This document shows positions 39,559 through 52,787 of a stretch of 64,000 nt of DNA, piece by piece. Positions within the stretch are counted from its first letter, which is position 1; the number at the start of each line of letters is the position of its first letter. Position numbers and translations under genes: made by a program. The DNA lies in NCBI RefSeq assembly GCF_037042905.1, contig NC_087263.1, forward strand, positions 13,890,001 through 13,954,000, written 5' to 3'. A model generated the notes under the pieces. That model was given only the letters and a program-made list of their open reading frames with translations. It had not been told where the DNA came from and ran no database searches. Source of the stretch: Lytechinus pictus. Taxonomy: Eukaryota.

Positions 39559-39782
39559 GCGAGTACTATTTATACATTTTTTCAATTTAGTAATATCTAG
39601 AGTCTAATTTAAGAACATATTTCGTCATGGAGCTCCATGGTAAGATCAAGTAATTTAAGTCCAACATTTAATTCGCGTGCACTCACTTTTTTAACACAGG
39701 AATTAATAGCCTTGGTGCTTAGAGTGCCTATGGGTACATTACCGCCGCCGTGCACAGGAAAACCACTGGCACGGCACTTGCA

Positions 39783-39915
39783 ATGATGTTGATGATGATG
39801 ATAATGATGATGATGATAATGACGATGATGTTGCATGATGATGATGATGATGATGATGATGACAATGATGATGCATGATGATGACGACAATGATGATGAT
39901 GTTGCATGATGATGA
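39783..39915. repeat. (GAT)n microsatellite
   Basis: Seen directly. Confidence 0.9.
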
Positions 39916-40035
39916 TTGACACTGTTACAGTGTAGGGTCTTCATTATAATGAATATAATGATGAAAATATGAAATATTAACTTCCTTCCTTTCATTATTG
40001 CAGGCTTTTATTGTTGATTTACTGCTTCCCTCAGA

Positions 40036-40059
40036 ATGTTCAGATCAAAACTTTTAAGG
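40036..40059 (+). CDS. SSBP1: SSBP1 first coding exon (MFRSKLLR; start of the mitochondrial presequence)
   Basis: ATG followed by 24 coding nt and a gtaagt donor; upstream acceptor ttgcag at 40003. It resembles the short MFRRPVLQ first coding exon of vertebrate SSBP1. Confidence 0.8.
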
Positions 40060-40711
40060 GTAAGTAAGAAAGTTTAGGCATTATTGATAAAAGCAATCTA
40101 TTTCAAGCTCGTAGGGATTGGGTAAAAGGTTGAATTGAAGGATGCAAATGTGATGTGAAAATTGAAAAGGAGGAGAGCAGTTAGTAGGAATATATGATTT
40201 ATAAGCATCATGGGAAGAGATGAGAGAGTCCTAAGAAACTTTAAGGCAATCCTATGCACATAATGCCTATACAAAGAGATTGTCAAGAAATCAATGAATT
40301 TATGGATATACATTCATATCTAGAATTTTTTTTTAATAAACCTGCATTGTAGATGTTGACTTTGCTGGTTTTCCATAGTTGCGATTGACTGGATCAAACG
40401 TAACTCTTTGTAAGATTGGGCCCTGGAAAATCAATTTTTTTTTCAAATCTAGGCAGTAAGTTGTGAAAAGTAGCCCCTGGAAGTAAAAATTTGGATATAT
40501 TTTGCCTTTGTTTAGATTAGCCATCTCCAAACTACTTGTAACAATGGAGAAAACAGATGTCAATTCTTTAATGATTACATGTATGTTCACTAGTGTTTCA
40601 CTTCAAGTCTCAGTCAAATTTGTGAATGTGAAAATCTTCCCTTCTTTCTCCCTCTCCTTTTCTCTCTTTTTTTGTCTTTTATACTTTCTCTCTTTTGTCA
40701 AATTATCATAG

Positions 40712-40772
40712 GTTTGTTTCACTGCTGTTCAGAGTGGACAGTGCAGACAGATACAGCAGAAGGCAGAGAGAA
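40712..40772 (+). CDS. SSBP1: SSBP1 coding exon 2 (VCFTAVQSGQCRQIQQKAER)
   Basis: Pyrimidine tract plus tag acceptor, gtgagt donor, 61 nt, phase 0 to 1. It joins in frame to give ER|SVNQV. Confidence 0.85.
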
Positions 40773-42029
40773 GTGAGTTTACTTGATTTTAAATAAATGA
40801 ATACATAGGATCATCCACCAAATAAGAGATGAAATCTTTTCATTCTCATATATGATATTATGAACAGCAGTCAAAAATTTTGTCTGGAAATTGTTTTGAG
40901 GACTTTATGGATTTCCCAGTAATTTTATTCATTTCAAAATATCAGTAATCGTCTTCCCTTCTCCTTCTCTTGTTGGTCATTTTTTTATCATGGTCATCAT
41001 GGCCATCATCATCATCGTCATCCTCATCATCATTGTCATCAATATTATATGAAGGGATTTTCAGAAAGTGTTATTACACTTTGCTTATGAAACATCATCT
41101 TTCCTATGTGAAATCAAATTTCTGGTGGACTTCACAAAAAAGACAACTAAACCTTCACATAAGACTCGTGTTTTTCACCACCCATTCAATGGCCAACTCC
41201 CTTGGAGGGATCTGCCCCATTAAATTTTATAAAGACATCAGGGTCCCGTAACATACATGTAGGTTGGCAATTAATCGTACGCTTGATTTTCATGTTTAAT
41301 TGTACATTGTAGTCAGTGCAATCAATCGTGAATTTTTTTTAACGATGATAGCTAAGCTTAGTGTTACAGGCCCCCAGGGTTGAAAATCATTTTTATTTCA
41401 GTGGCTGTTCCTGATTTGGGGGGTTATTTCTTTCATTTCATGGGCTATTTTTTTGCCACACGAGCAATTATGCTGTTAAGGCATATCTCATTCTACTTTA
41501 TGTACATGAAGATTTGAAGAATATTGATTTTCTTATTATTCTTGAATATTATTTGTGGCAGATCTTGGGGGTAACGTTAAGGTAGATGGGTGCTGTAAAG
41601 CATTTTATTTGTGTAATTTCAGGAGTGATTTGGACTATTTTGAGGGCAAAATCGCTTGTGGCCCTCATGTGTTTCCTATGCTAACAAAATCATCATCGTC
41701 ATTATTTATTTATTTATTTATTTATTTATTCATGCATGTTCACAATGTACAATGTAAAAGAATACACAGATAATATATAAATATATATATGAAACACAAG
41801 TAAATAATGAACATACAAAGGTGTTGCAACATAAGCTAAAAGCTTGATTGGTTGAAGCACCTTTAAACTGGTTTTGCATCCAAGAAAACAAAAATAAAAA
41901 TGTAAGAATAAGGAAGAGAGGAAAGAAAGAGAAAAATGTAAAAGTGATAGACTGCCGAGATATAACAATTAAGTTTCAAATTGTTATTATCTCTCTTTCT
42001 CCCTCTCTCTATCTCGTATATCTGTCCAG

Positions 42030-42161
42030 GCGTCAACCAAGTTACTCTGCTAGGTAGGGTGGGGCGGGATGTAGAGCTGAGAGGAAGCGATGAGCATCCC
42101 ATGGCATCATTCTCCTTAGCAACCAGTGAAAACATCAGGAGTAAACATCCAGATGAAACAG
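42030..42161 (+). CDS. SSBP1: SSBP1 coding exon 3 (SVNQVTLLGRVGRDVELRGSDEHPMASFSLATSENIRSKHPDET)
   Basis: SSB OB-fold N-terminal motifs NxVxLLGRVG and FSLAT; ccag acceptor, gtattc donor. Confidence 0.95.
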
Positions 42162-43078
42162 GTATTCATGGGCAGGGGCGGATCCAGGATTTTCAAAAGG
42201 GGGGGGGGCACATTTTCCCGAGGAAAATTTGACAAGCAAAAAAAAGGTTTTCACCCAAAATTGGAAGTAATTTCATCTTCGTAAAATTTGACAAGCAAAA
42301 AAAAAAAAAGGTCCTGACTTTTGTATGGACGACATATTCCCATTAAAAATATATGCTGTGACTTTCAAAACGGGCCACATTTGTGTAATTACGTGTAATT
42401 TACATGAAAATTTTTCATTATTCCTCTTAAAAGTGTGGGGGGGGGGGGCACATCCGGCCAGTGCCTTGATCCGCCAGTGTTCATGGGAGAGAGTATTCAA
42501 GCAAATAATTACTGTTGGTGAAGGTGATGGGCAAACTATCACATTTGAGGCAAGCTGGATGTAGCTATGGAGAGGTGAAGCTGGGGAGAGATAGCGAGTA
42601 TATATTCAGCTCGCTGAGGAAGTAATAGCTTGCCTCCTCATTGGAAATCAAGATGTGATTATATGCTTTATTTTGAATCATAATAATGAAAAAGTATTAA
42701 CCAAGATTCATACTTCTCCACAAGAAGGAATTTTATTTTCAAAACTTAAGGTTTCCTTTAGAAGTCACTCAACTTGATGATTGCTTATAGCATGTATGTA
42801 AACTGTGTGCTAGCATCAAGGATCTTGTTCAAGCAAGATAATTGTAACCTCACAAGGGAATTGTAGCGTCACTTAGGACGTTGAACTTTTATTTGCGTGC
42901 AAAGATCATAAAATCTTTGCAATTGCACACATAGTTGACAAAAATTAATCCCCTATAAACAATGCCAAGTATTTTTTTTAATGTCATGTATGGAAATCCT
43001 GTTGAAACAAAACCAACCTTTCATCTAGGCCATTATGTTTTTGTTTCTCTTTTACTTGCTAAGGACATTTAAGGTTAT

Positions 43079-43390
43079 GGCCTTGGTGTGGTGTAGCAGT
43101 TCGGGCACTCGCGATGCAATCATAGGGTCGTGTGTTCGATTCCCAACGCAGCCTAACGTCCTTTGGCAAGGCGTCAATCCACACTTTGTCACTCTCCACC
43201 CAGGTGTTAAATGGGTACCTGGTAGGATGCAAAAGCCGATATGTAATATGCGTAGCAATTGAGTCTCTTGTTCAAATGCTCCCCAGGGAGAAAGTGCATA
43301 CATTGTGTGTTGGCATGCCATGATTCGATGACTGGGGTAATAATAACTGCATTGTAAAGTGCTTAGAAACAAAGTTTACTAAGCATTACA
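43079..43390 (+). mobile_element. tRNA-derived SINE in an SSBP1 intron
   Basis: A-box-like tggtgtagcag, B-box gttcgattcc and central ctttggcaaggcgtcaatccaca...cccaggtg..aatgggtacc; same family as 57681-57984. Confidence 0.8.
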
Positions 43391-43431
43391 TGTATATGAA
43401 TACTATTATTATATTTGATTTTTTTTTTCAG

Positions 43432-43519
43432 GGGAATTTACTCAGAAAACCAGCTGGCACCGCGTGTGCGTCTTTAGACCTGGACTTGTGGACATTGTCT
43501 ATACATACTGCAAGAAAGG
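43432..43519 (+). CDS. SSBP1: SSBP1 coding exon 4 ([30 protein letters not shown])
   Basis: KTxWHRxxVFRPGL motif of mtSSB; poly-T plus cag acceptor, gtaagg donor, 88 nt. Confidence 0.95.
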
Positions 43520-44019
43520 GTAAGGTATCTGACACTCCTGCCCTAATGCTTTGGTGCCAGGGTAGATCTGGTGGGGGGGGGGGTATGCCAGGTTATCGAG
43601 GTGGTCTGGGAGCTAAATTTGTTGTTTGAATATATTCATCCTCTTACTTTCTTCTTTATTCCTTGTCCTGCCTCAGTGTTATGCTAATCAGCTCTTCAAG
43701 ACAACCTCGACTTCGAGGCAGAATGTGTGTCTTTGGCCTTGCCCTAGTGGGGGGGGGGATATAGTATTGTATATTTCCATTCTCTTACTTTCCTTATTCC
43801 TTGTACTTCCTCAGTGTTATGCTCTTCAAAGCTACCTTGGCCTCAGGTTTCACAATGTGTCTTTGAAGAAGTGATTGACCAATTTCGAACATGGCAAACT
43901 TGGTCATAGATGGGCCTACAAGATATGCTAACGGAAGCTGTTTTTCTCAACGTAGGACCTTTTGGAACTAAAATATTTAGAGCTGATATGTGTTGTTTTT
44001 TTTTCATATCCTTCTGCAG

Positions 44020-44108
44020 CGACAGGCTGTTTGTATCAGGAAAGTTGGACTACAGTGAGTACACAAACAATGACGGAATCAAAGTTTATCAGACAAGCAT
44101 CGTTGCAG
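44020..44108 (+). CDS. SSBP1: SSBP1 coding exon 5 (DRLFVSGKLDYSEYTNNDGIKVYQTSIVA)
   Basis: GxRxxVxGKxDY motif; ctgcag acceptor, gtaatt donor, 89 nt. Confidence 0.95.
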
Positions 44109-44366
44109 GTAATTTTTAGATCGAGTAAGGGAGGGGGAGAGGAGGTTTTACAAAGAGTTAATTCTGAATTGAAAGTCGGACTTCAGTACCAACACACAAA
44201 ATAGTAATCTTGCAATTTCATCGAATAACTATGAACTTGCCCATGTCCTTTGAGCATAATCTGATTAATGCGAAGATGTGAATATGTACCTGCAGCAGGG
44301 AATTTGAATGTGATTTTTTTAGTCAAAATTAAATCATTTTTAAACAACCTGGCACCCTTTCCTTAA

Positions 44367-45131
44367 CCCTATCTAGGCCGGGGTATTTCGGGAGTTCATA
44401 TGGCCGGGGGGGGGGACCTCCCAGGCACCCCCTTGAGATCTCGGCCGTTGGCCGCGCGATCGCGCAGAAAATTGGCATGCAAGTTGTCTTGGACATAATC
44501 TACAGACTGTATAGTAATTTATTTCATGCGAATTCGTAATCAGCGATTATGCTAATTTATGCGTAATTAGTATGCGAAATCATAATTTTCCCTCTAATTC
44601 CCTAAATAAAGCTCCAATTATTCTAATTTTTGGTATAAAAACTCTTTTTGGTGTTCCTAGCAAGTGTACAGAAAAAAATTGCGATATCAGATCAATTTCT
44701 TATGTACTTTGTTTTTTGCAATTTCTTATGTATTTCTTTGTTTTTTGGACCTTTTGTTTTTCATTGTTTTTTCAATGAAATTTGTTGGGGACTCTTGTGA
44801 GATCATAAAAGGCATAAAATAAATACATTTAGACGAGCAAAACTAAAAATAATCATACATTTATGATATTTGGTTGAAAACAGAATTTGCATTGACTTTG
44901 TACACAAAATCACGTTTTTGAGCAATTTTTGGTCTCTGACATGCACTTACATAATGTTGCGTAATTTCGGAACCGCGTACCCGGGTGACGCAAAACTGGT
45001 CTAAAAAGTTGCGCAAGTCTTGAAAATAAAATGTCAGCGAGCGGCGCAGTAAATAAAATTCACGCGGCGAAAATATTGCGCGAATCGTTGGGGGGGGGGC
45101 CTCCGAGTCAACTCCCCCGGCCTGGATAGGG
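44367..45131. mobile_element. piggyBac-type MITE
   Basis: TTAA|CCCT...AGGG|TTAA; TIR ccctatctaggccgggg / ccccggcctggataggg. Confidence 0.9.
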
Positions 45132-45806
45132 TTAAGCTGATCATATTGTCCAGGGAAAAAAATACACGTGGGGGGGGGGGGGAATTGGGAGGGGAATGGG
45201 GGATTTTTGCCCCCGAAATGCTTTAAAGGATCCCTGGAAAATCCCCATTCATCGCACTGTTAAAGCTTATCCAATGTTACAGATTTAGGCAATAACTTGC
45301 AAAAAGTAGCCCCCTGAAAGAAAGAAAAAATTGCCTGATATTGACTGAAAACAGGCTGATAACGATGCAAAAGAGGGTTTTTCACTTTAATAGCTCTTTC
45401 CAAGCTGTCCTCAAATTCTTTTAATTTTGTAGACACAACTCATTAACAGCCCACTGGTGATGTTGTATTTAAACACTTCCGGTATTCGAAGTAGCCCTAT
45501 ATAAGGCTTGAAATTAAGAATTTTTACTCATCACTTTCATAACTGCCAAATCCGCAAAAAATATATAATTCTTACACTTGTCTGGCCTTTCAAGATTTGT
45601 CATCAATTCATTATATTTTTGTTATATACATACATACATGTACATACATAACAGTTACTTATATAGCACTTTACCAAAAATATGATCAAAGCGCTTTACA
45701 ATAAATAACTAATAATAATAATAATGAAATTACATTAAACAGCACTTAAAAATATATCTACAGGGACTGGTGCCTGATCTTAATGCCCTGTTCACCTGCA
45801 GTTTAA

Positions 45807-46561
45807 CCCTAAAAAGACTGGGGGGGGGGCTGATTCAGCCCCCCCTCGACATTTTTCGTGATAAATCCGCCGCGCGAATTTTTTTGACCACGTCGCTCGC
45901 TGACTTTTTACCTTCAAGTCTCGCGCAACTTTTGAGACCAAAATTGTGACCCCCGGGTACGTGGTTCTGAAATTACGCAACATTTCGTAAGTGCATGCAG
46001 ACCCAAAATTACTCAAAAACGTGAATTTGTGTACAAATCCAATGCAAATAGTGTTTTTAACCAAAATTCATAAATGTATCATTATTTTTCCTTTTACTGC
46101 TTAAAATCAATTAATTTTATCTTTTTTATGGTCAAAATAAAGTCCCCGACAATTTCCATTGAAAAAACAATAAAAAACAAAAAGTCGAAAAACACAGAAA
46201 TACATAAGAAATTTAGAAAACAATAGAATACATAAGAAAATAAATGTGATGTTGAAAATTTTGAAAAATAAATTTGATCAGATGCCTATCTAGAGTATGT
46301 GAAACAAAAATTAGCATTTTAGGGGCATTATTTTATTAATTAGAGCAAACTTATGATTTTACGCATAAATTAGCATAATTAATGAGCAATGAGATATTTC
46401 GCAGAATTTGATATTATAGTTTTGTAGATAATGCCATGGGTAACGCGCGTGCCAATTTTCATCGCAATCGCGCGATCGACGGCCGAGATCATAAGGGGGG
46501 GCTGAATCAGCCCCCCCCCCCCAGTCTTCTTAGGCGTCGAAATAGCCCAGTCTATTTAGGG
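45807..46561. mobile_element. piggyBac-type MITE, related to 44367-45131 in opposite orientation
   Basis: TTAA|CCCT...AGGG|TTAA; TIR ccctaaaaagactggg / cccagtctatttaggg. Internal blocks are reverse complements of the upstream copy. Confidence 0.9.
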
Positions 46562-47049
46562 TTAAGGAACTTGCCCAGAAGGCAATTCATCAGGTTCATA
46601 ACTCACAAGGGCTCTAAAAACACCAGGCTTAAGATAAACCCTAACAAAAAAAAACCAACTTACGAAAGAGAACTAAACATGAATATTTAAACCAATAGTA
46701 ACACAAAAAAAATCATATATTATGTTATCTTATGCCTGTTTTATAATTTTGTTCTTATATCACATTTTTAATCTTTTTAAATGTTACATAAATCTTTAAA
46801 TGTTATCTATGTCCTTTTCTATGGTAATTTACATTGTTTATTTTTTTTCTCCGATTGTTAAACTTATGTTTTTATCTTGATGCTATTTTATTGTAATTAT
46901 ATTATCGGGATTCAAACTTAGTAGGGGGTTTTCAAACCTTTTTTTGTATCCCTTGACATATTTTACTTTGTATGTTTTACTTGTCTAAATAAATACAAAT
47001 ACAAATTTCTTCTCTGTGCTCAACCAATCTTTCATTTTCTTTGTGACAG

Positions 47050-47096
47050 ACGATGTGATTTTCTTGAACAGTGAAAACAGGAGAGACGACTACTGA
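47050..47096 (+). CDS. SSBP1: SSBP1 last coding exon (DDVIFLNSENRRDDY*)
   Basis: Long pyrimidine tract plus cag acceptor, DxxIFL motif and acidic tail, TGA at 47094-6. The spliced CDS totals 441 nt (146 aa). Confidence 0.9.
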
Positions 47097-47984
47097 ACAG
47101 AAGAGGATTCGATTAACATGTGAGAATGTGCTTGCCTGATGAGGCGCCAATATGGCTCGCTGCACTGTCTAAGAATGAACTTTGAAATATGCAAGGATCA
47201 TTGTGTAGTAAGGTAAATGCATGCTGTAGTTAAGGACGGAGAAGGCCTATTACGAAAAGTGAGAGTCACGTCTTTTCCAAAGGAATCCCGCCTTGGTCAG
47301 CTTACATGTATGACCTTGGGATTAGCCCTACTGCGCCTTAGTCAATGCGAATATGTGTCTAAAACCATATTCACAATCAACTTAATCATGACTTGTCGAA
47401 TTTAACACTTTGTCAAACAACCCCCCCCCCCCTCCCCCCAAACTTTTGTTTATAAAACTCTTCAGTTTGTATGGGACAACTCTATGAGACACCCATAAAG
47501 CCGGGGTAATAATAACATTATCATGTTGAGCAGGGCCCGCTGGGAGAACAGTGTGGCTTCCCTGGGTAAAAAATGACGTTGTTTGTTATTATTATAAGGG
47601 GGCTTTTCCACGGTTCTGGGAAGTAGGGGGTACTGGGGCTGAATCACCCCCAAGATTTGCATGGGGAGTGATGCATGTGTTGTCAACCATAGGAAGCTTG
47701 TCATATTTTTCTTTCAAACCAGCACCCCTTATTAAAAAAAATTGTTCCCATGGCCCTGGGCTTCATGTGCATATATGTAGATGTTTGAACATGTATATAC
47801 GCACAACCTTAAATCAATGACTCCATCATTGAAAAAATTAATCTATCAAACAATCATTATACAATCAGTCTATCATTATACAAATCTACCTATCACTCAA
47901 TCAATCAATTAAACATTATACATGTCAATCATTCAATGTGCATCCTAATCTAATACTAAAATTGGACATAAAATAATTCAATCT

Positions 47985-48905
47985 ACCAATCAATCAATCA
48001 GTCAGTCAGTTAATCAATCAGTCAGTCAGTTAATCAATCAGTCAATCAATCAATCAATCAGTCAGTTAATCAATCAGTCAATCCATCAATCAGTCAATCC
48101 ATCAATCAATTGATCAATCAATCAACCAATCAATCGGTCAGTTAATCAATCAGTCAATCAATCAGTCAATCAACCAATCAATCAGTCAGTCAGTTAATCA
48201 ATCAGTCAATCAATCAGTCAGTCAGTTAATCAATCAATCAATCAGTCAGTCAGTTAATCAATCAGTCAATATATCAATCAGTCAGTTAATCAATCAGTCA
48301 ATCCATCAATCAAGTAATCAACTGATCAATCGGTCAGTTAATCAATCAGTCAATCAATCAGTCAATCAATCAATCAATCAGTCAGTCAGTTAATCAATCA
48401 GTCAATCAATCAGTCAGTCAGTTAATCAATCAATCAATCAGTCAGTCAGTTAATCAATCAGTCAATATATCAATCAGTCAGTTAATCAATCAGTCAATCC
48501 ATCAATCAAGTAATCAACTGATCAATCAATCAACTGATCAATCAATCAATCAGTCAGTCAGTCAGTTAATCAATCAATCAATCAACCAATCAATCAGTCA
48601 GTTAATCAATCAGTCAATCCATGAATCAATCAATCAATCAATCAACCAGTCAGTCAGTTAATCAATCAATCAATCAATCAATCAATCAGTCAGTCAGTTA
48701 ATCAATCAGTCAATCCATCAATCAATCAACCAATCAATCAGTCAGTTAATCAATCAGTCAATCCATCAATCAATCAATCAGTCAGTCAGTTAATCAATCA
48801 GTCAATCCATCAATCAATTGATCAATCAACCAATCAGTCAGTCAGTTAATCAATCAGTCAATCAATCAGTCAATGATTGAATGGATCGGTTGGTCAGTCA
48901 ATCAG
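47985..48905. repeat. ~0.9-kb compound (AATC)n/(AGTC)n tetranucleotide repeat
   Basis: Seen directly, with a recurring gttaatcaatcagtca higher-order unit. Confidence 0.95.
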
Positions 48906-50087
48906 TTACTAACTCAGTCAACCAACTAATCATATAATAAATCAATTAAATTGAACCAATCAATCAATAAATTTATCAATCATCATACATACCAATGACC
49001 CTATCAACCATTCATTGCATATTCTAATCAATCAATAAAATAGAAAATGATTGTTTCTTACAAGTGGGATCTATTAGTTCCAAGATAGTTTAATGAGGTT
49101 ACCAATCACAAAAAGGCAAGTTTGGCCTTCTTAAAGTACACATATAAACCAATCAAGAGTTGAAATTTCTCTCTGTATTTTACAGGATACAAAATTTGAG
49201 CACTGAAACATTGTTCAGGTGTTGTTACATGCTGGTTACGATTAAGCAACATGGTGCAAAGTGAACATTTGACCAAGTTTGTAAACATATTCATTAATTT
49301 TCTTAACATTGTACTTCTTTTCCATGTTCTTAATAATTGTAATTAACCATTGTTGAAGAACAGACATTTCGTGTACAATAAACAGATTTGGGGTTCTTAG
49401 TGAATTTTTGGGAGAACTGATAATTTTTTTGTCTGCTTCATTCAAACAATAATCATTCCTCAGCTATTATAACCAAGATATTTGGTGTACAACCGGAAAC
49501 TATTATCATTATTCTAAGTTGAGTAGTTTGTTTCTCAAAGAATTGAGCAGTGTTCATGGGCATCTTATTTGTTCATTGGAAAAGAAATGGAAATGTAATC
49601 TTTTATATTTTAGTTTTGTTCTTGATTTCTTCGTTTACATCTTGGCTTTACAGTGGTCATCCAACTCAGCATCTTTTCACATGTACATCTCTCTTCCCCC
49701 CATGGACAAAAGAATGCATTTGTCTGTCTGTGCTGGGGAAAAGAGGTGTATGATGAAAATTGGCTCAGTGTATTACAAGGCCAGAGAAAGTTTCATGAGG
49801 TTGTCTGTGATGTTACGCAAGCGCATGACTGGAACCTGTTTTTAGGTGCTAGGTCAGTTACTTGGGTTGTATCATGTGGAATAAGAAAGGGTCACCAGTC
49901 AGGTCATTCGTAACTTATGAACAACTTCATGAAACACCCACTCAACTTAACCTTGTGAGTATTTCATAAAGCTGTGAATTTTGAATGACAGTAGGCACGA
50001 CTGGTGATTCTTTCTTGTTATATATGATATATCCCTGTGTAGCTGATTTAGCATCTAAGAACAGGTTCCATTTGTTCATTGAGTTTA

Positions 50088-50481
50088 CAGGGTTCCCAGC
50101 TTATCAGGGAAAATTATTTTACCTTTTTCCAGTCGGAAAAAAGCAGGGTATTTGATTTAAATATACCTAAAATAAGTGAAAATGCCTCAAATGAGGGAAA
50201 AATCAGGGAATTTTGATCGGCCCTAAAGTCGAAAGCATGGTAGTCAGTCAGAATCTGTTATATTTTGTTGCATACCAAAACAACATCCATTGAATGACTG
50301 GTTATGGTGGTACTAATGAGTTTTACATTATTGTTTTTATACTGAAAATACATGTAATTCACTGCAACAACTTAGAAAACATGCAAAACTGGGAATGGGT
50401 TTAAGTAATTATCAGGGAATTTTTAAACTTCATCAGGGAAAAATGAGGAAATTTTGTTTTCTTGAAAAGCTGGAAACCCTG
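50088..50481. mobile_element. hAT-like MITE nested in a smaller tttcat-aa MITE
   Basis: TIR cagggttcccagctt / aagctggaaaccctg with internal cagggaa repeats. Confidence 0.6.
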
Positions 50482-51334
50482 GTTGAGCGCGACTTTGCAA
50501 ACAGCTGTATGAAACACCCACAGGTTGATTGATAAATACGATTATGTTTCGGAATCAAATTTATTCAGAGATTGTTGATAGAAAAGAAAATCATTGCACA
50601 GTCTAGACATATCATTTAAATTGTTTTAATGTATTATATCGAAGGGAATTATGTTTTGTAATCAGTTTTATACAACAAATCTTAGAACATTCCTTGTTTG
50701 TTTTTTCTAAAATCTTTTTTTGTGACAAAATATACATCTGCCACTCGATCTCATAATCATGTCTTCTCAAAATATCATGTTCTTGCTAAAACACTATATC
50801 GTGATGTGATATCTCGTGACTACTATAAAATTGTGCATTGCTAAATGATGTCAAATTGATGGAACTCGATTAAAAATCATCAATATTTTCTGAAGATTGA
50901 ATTCTGTGACAATTTGTGTTTATATACAGTAAGTTTTCACTTAGAGGAGAATGAAGCTCTGAGAATAGGCTCTAGCTTGTTTCAAAACATTAAAAAAAAA
51001 TCAAATAGGAGCAATGAAATTCTGAGACTACAGTAACTGGAGAAACAATAAGAAAGCTATGGGCTTTTAAATGTCAAGATCATCTCATTAGCAATGTGAG
51101 TAGTGTGTGTTATGTCACAAAGTCGTATGCAAACTCCCTCTTTATTTTCAAACCTATAATTTTTCTTACTTAAATTCTCACTTTTATCAAGGCTGTAGAT
51201 TTGGTGTTATTTTCATTGGAGGACTTGTAATAGAAGTTTCAGAAAATATACCATGGACAAAGAGTTTTTAATTTTAGTAGAATGAGCAAACATGGATTGT
51301 TTTGGGATAATTTTCCGTGTAAAAAGTGGAGAGG

Positions 51335-51500
51335 TGACACATGTGTCACATTACATGTGTGACAATGTCACATGTGTGACATTACATGTGTGACAATGTC
51401 ACATGTGTGACATTACATGTGTGAAATTACATGTGTGACAATGTCACATGTGTGACATTACATGTACATGTGTGACATTACATGTACATGTGTGACATAA
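51335..51500. repeat. Short quasi-palindromic tandem repeat (acatgtgtgacatt/acatgtgtgacaatgtc)
   Basis: Seen directly; about 10 units. Confidence 0.85.
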
Positions 51501-52787
51501 CAATTCATGGTTGCATTGTAAATGGAAGGATGTTCGTAGTATTAGTGGTCTTGATATTCAAATGCTCAAACCTTTCTAAGTGTTTGCCTAACTGTTCTAA
51601 AATTTTCACTGATCTTATTCTTTGATATTTCTGTTTTCACACAAGCTAACTTCTTTCAAGGATGTCAGTCTCATTCAAACCCATTTTTACATGTAATAGT
51701 ACAGTCACAAACTTAAAATTTTAAAAAGCATGTTTGCATATATAGTACTGAACAATATTTCACAAAAGTAGACAAACTGTTCACAAAAATTGAAATAAAC
51801 AAATAAAATGCATTCCAATGACCATTCTACATATTACTTTGTCATCCCTTATAAATTCATTCCTAATTTATTTCAGTTTTCTTAGAAATAAAACCATTCA
51901 AAGCATATATTAAGGTCTATTTAAAACTATAAAGGGCAAGCCACTGGCCAATAATTTAAAACTATGGTCATATTTGATAATGGTTAATAAATATAATAAT
52001 TGTTGATAAAACCTTGTACCTCAAATTTTGGCAAAATGTCATGATTTGGGTTCTGGGTTCATTTCAAGGTGATCAATTCGTTACTTGCTGGAATTTAACA
52101 ATCTCTGTACAAAGCCTATGGAAATTACAAAATTAAGTAGTTAATAGGTTGTGTGGTGTTCTGACAAAATCCCACCTCCCTCAGCCCCCAAATTAAACCA
52201 CCAAATAAGTAAAAGAAAGGCGATTCCACATGTTCTGGTGCGTTGACCACCATGATTTTTCCTAGTATTTTGAACATTTGACATTTTTGAGATACAAGAT
52301 TCTATCTCAGTATGCAATCTGATTAAAAAGAAAGAAAAAATCTCTGTAAAATATCATTTTTTTTTACCTTACATGGTAAATTTCTTTTTGAAAACAGCGT
52401 TTTTACATTACAAAAATTGAAAACGTGTTTTACACAACCCAGTTCATTTGGGCATACATACGGTTGGATAATAATAAGTTGACAAAAATTCTGAAAATTT
52501 GTTAAGGCTTTTTTTTTATATTAAAATGAATTAACTGGCTACAAAATTTGGATAGAAAGTCACATCTATAAGTGACATTTAAAAACAAATCACACATTTT
52601 TCTTTCTCTTGATTAAGAATGGGTATAAATTGATACCAAATTGTGATATGATAAAAAAATAACAGATTTTGCCTTTTATTGTTTTATATATCTCGTAGGA
52701 GCGTGGTCAAAACATCCAAAGCCAAGATTCGGTAGGAATCATTTCATCATTGTCAGATATGTATGACCACTTGAATACCTAATTCAG

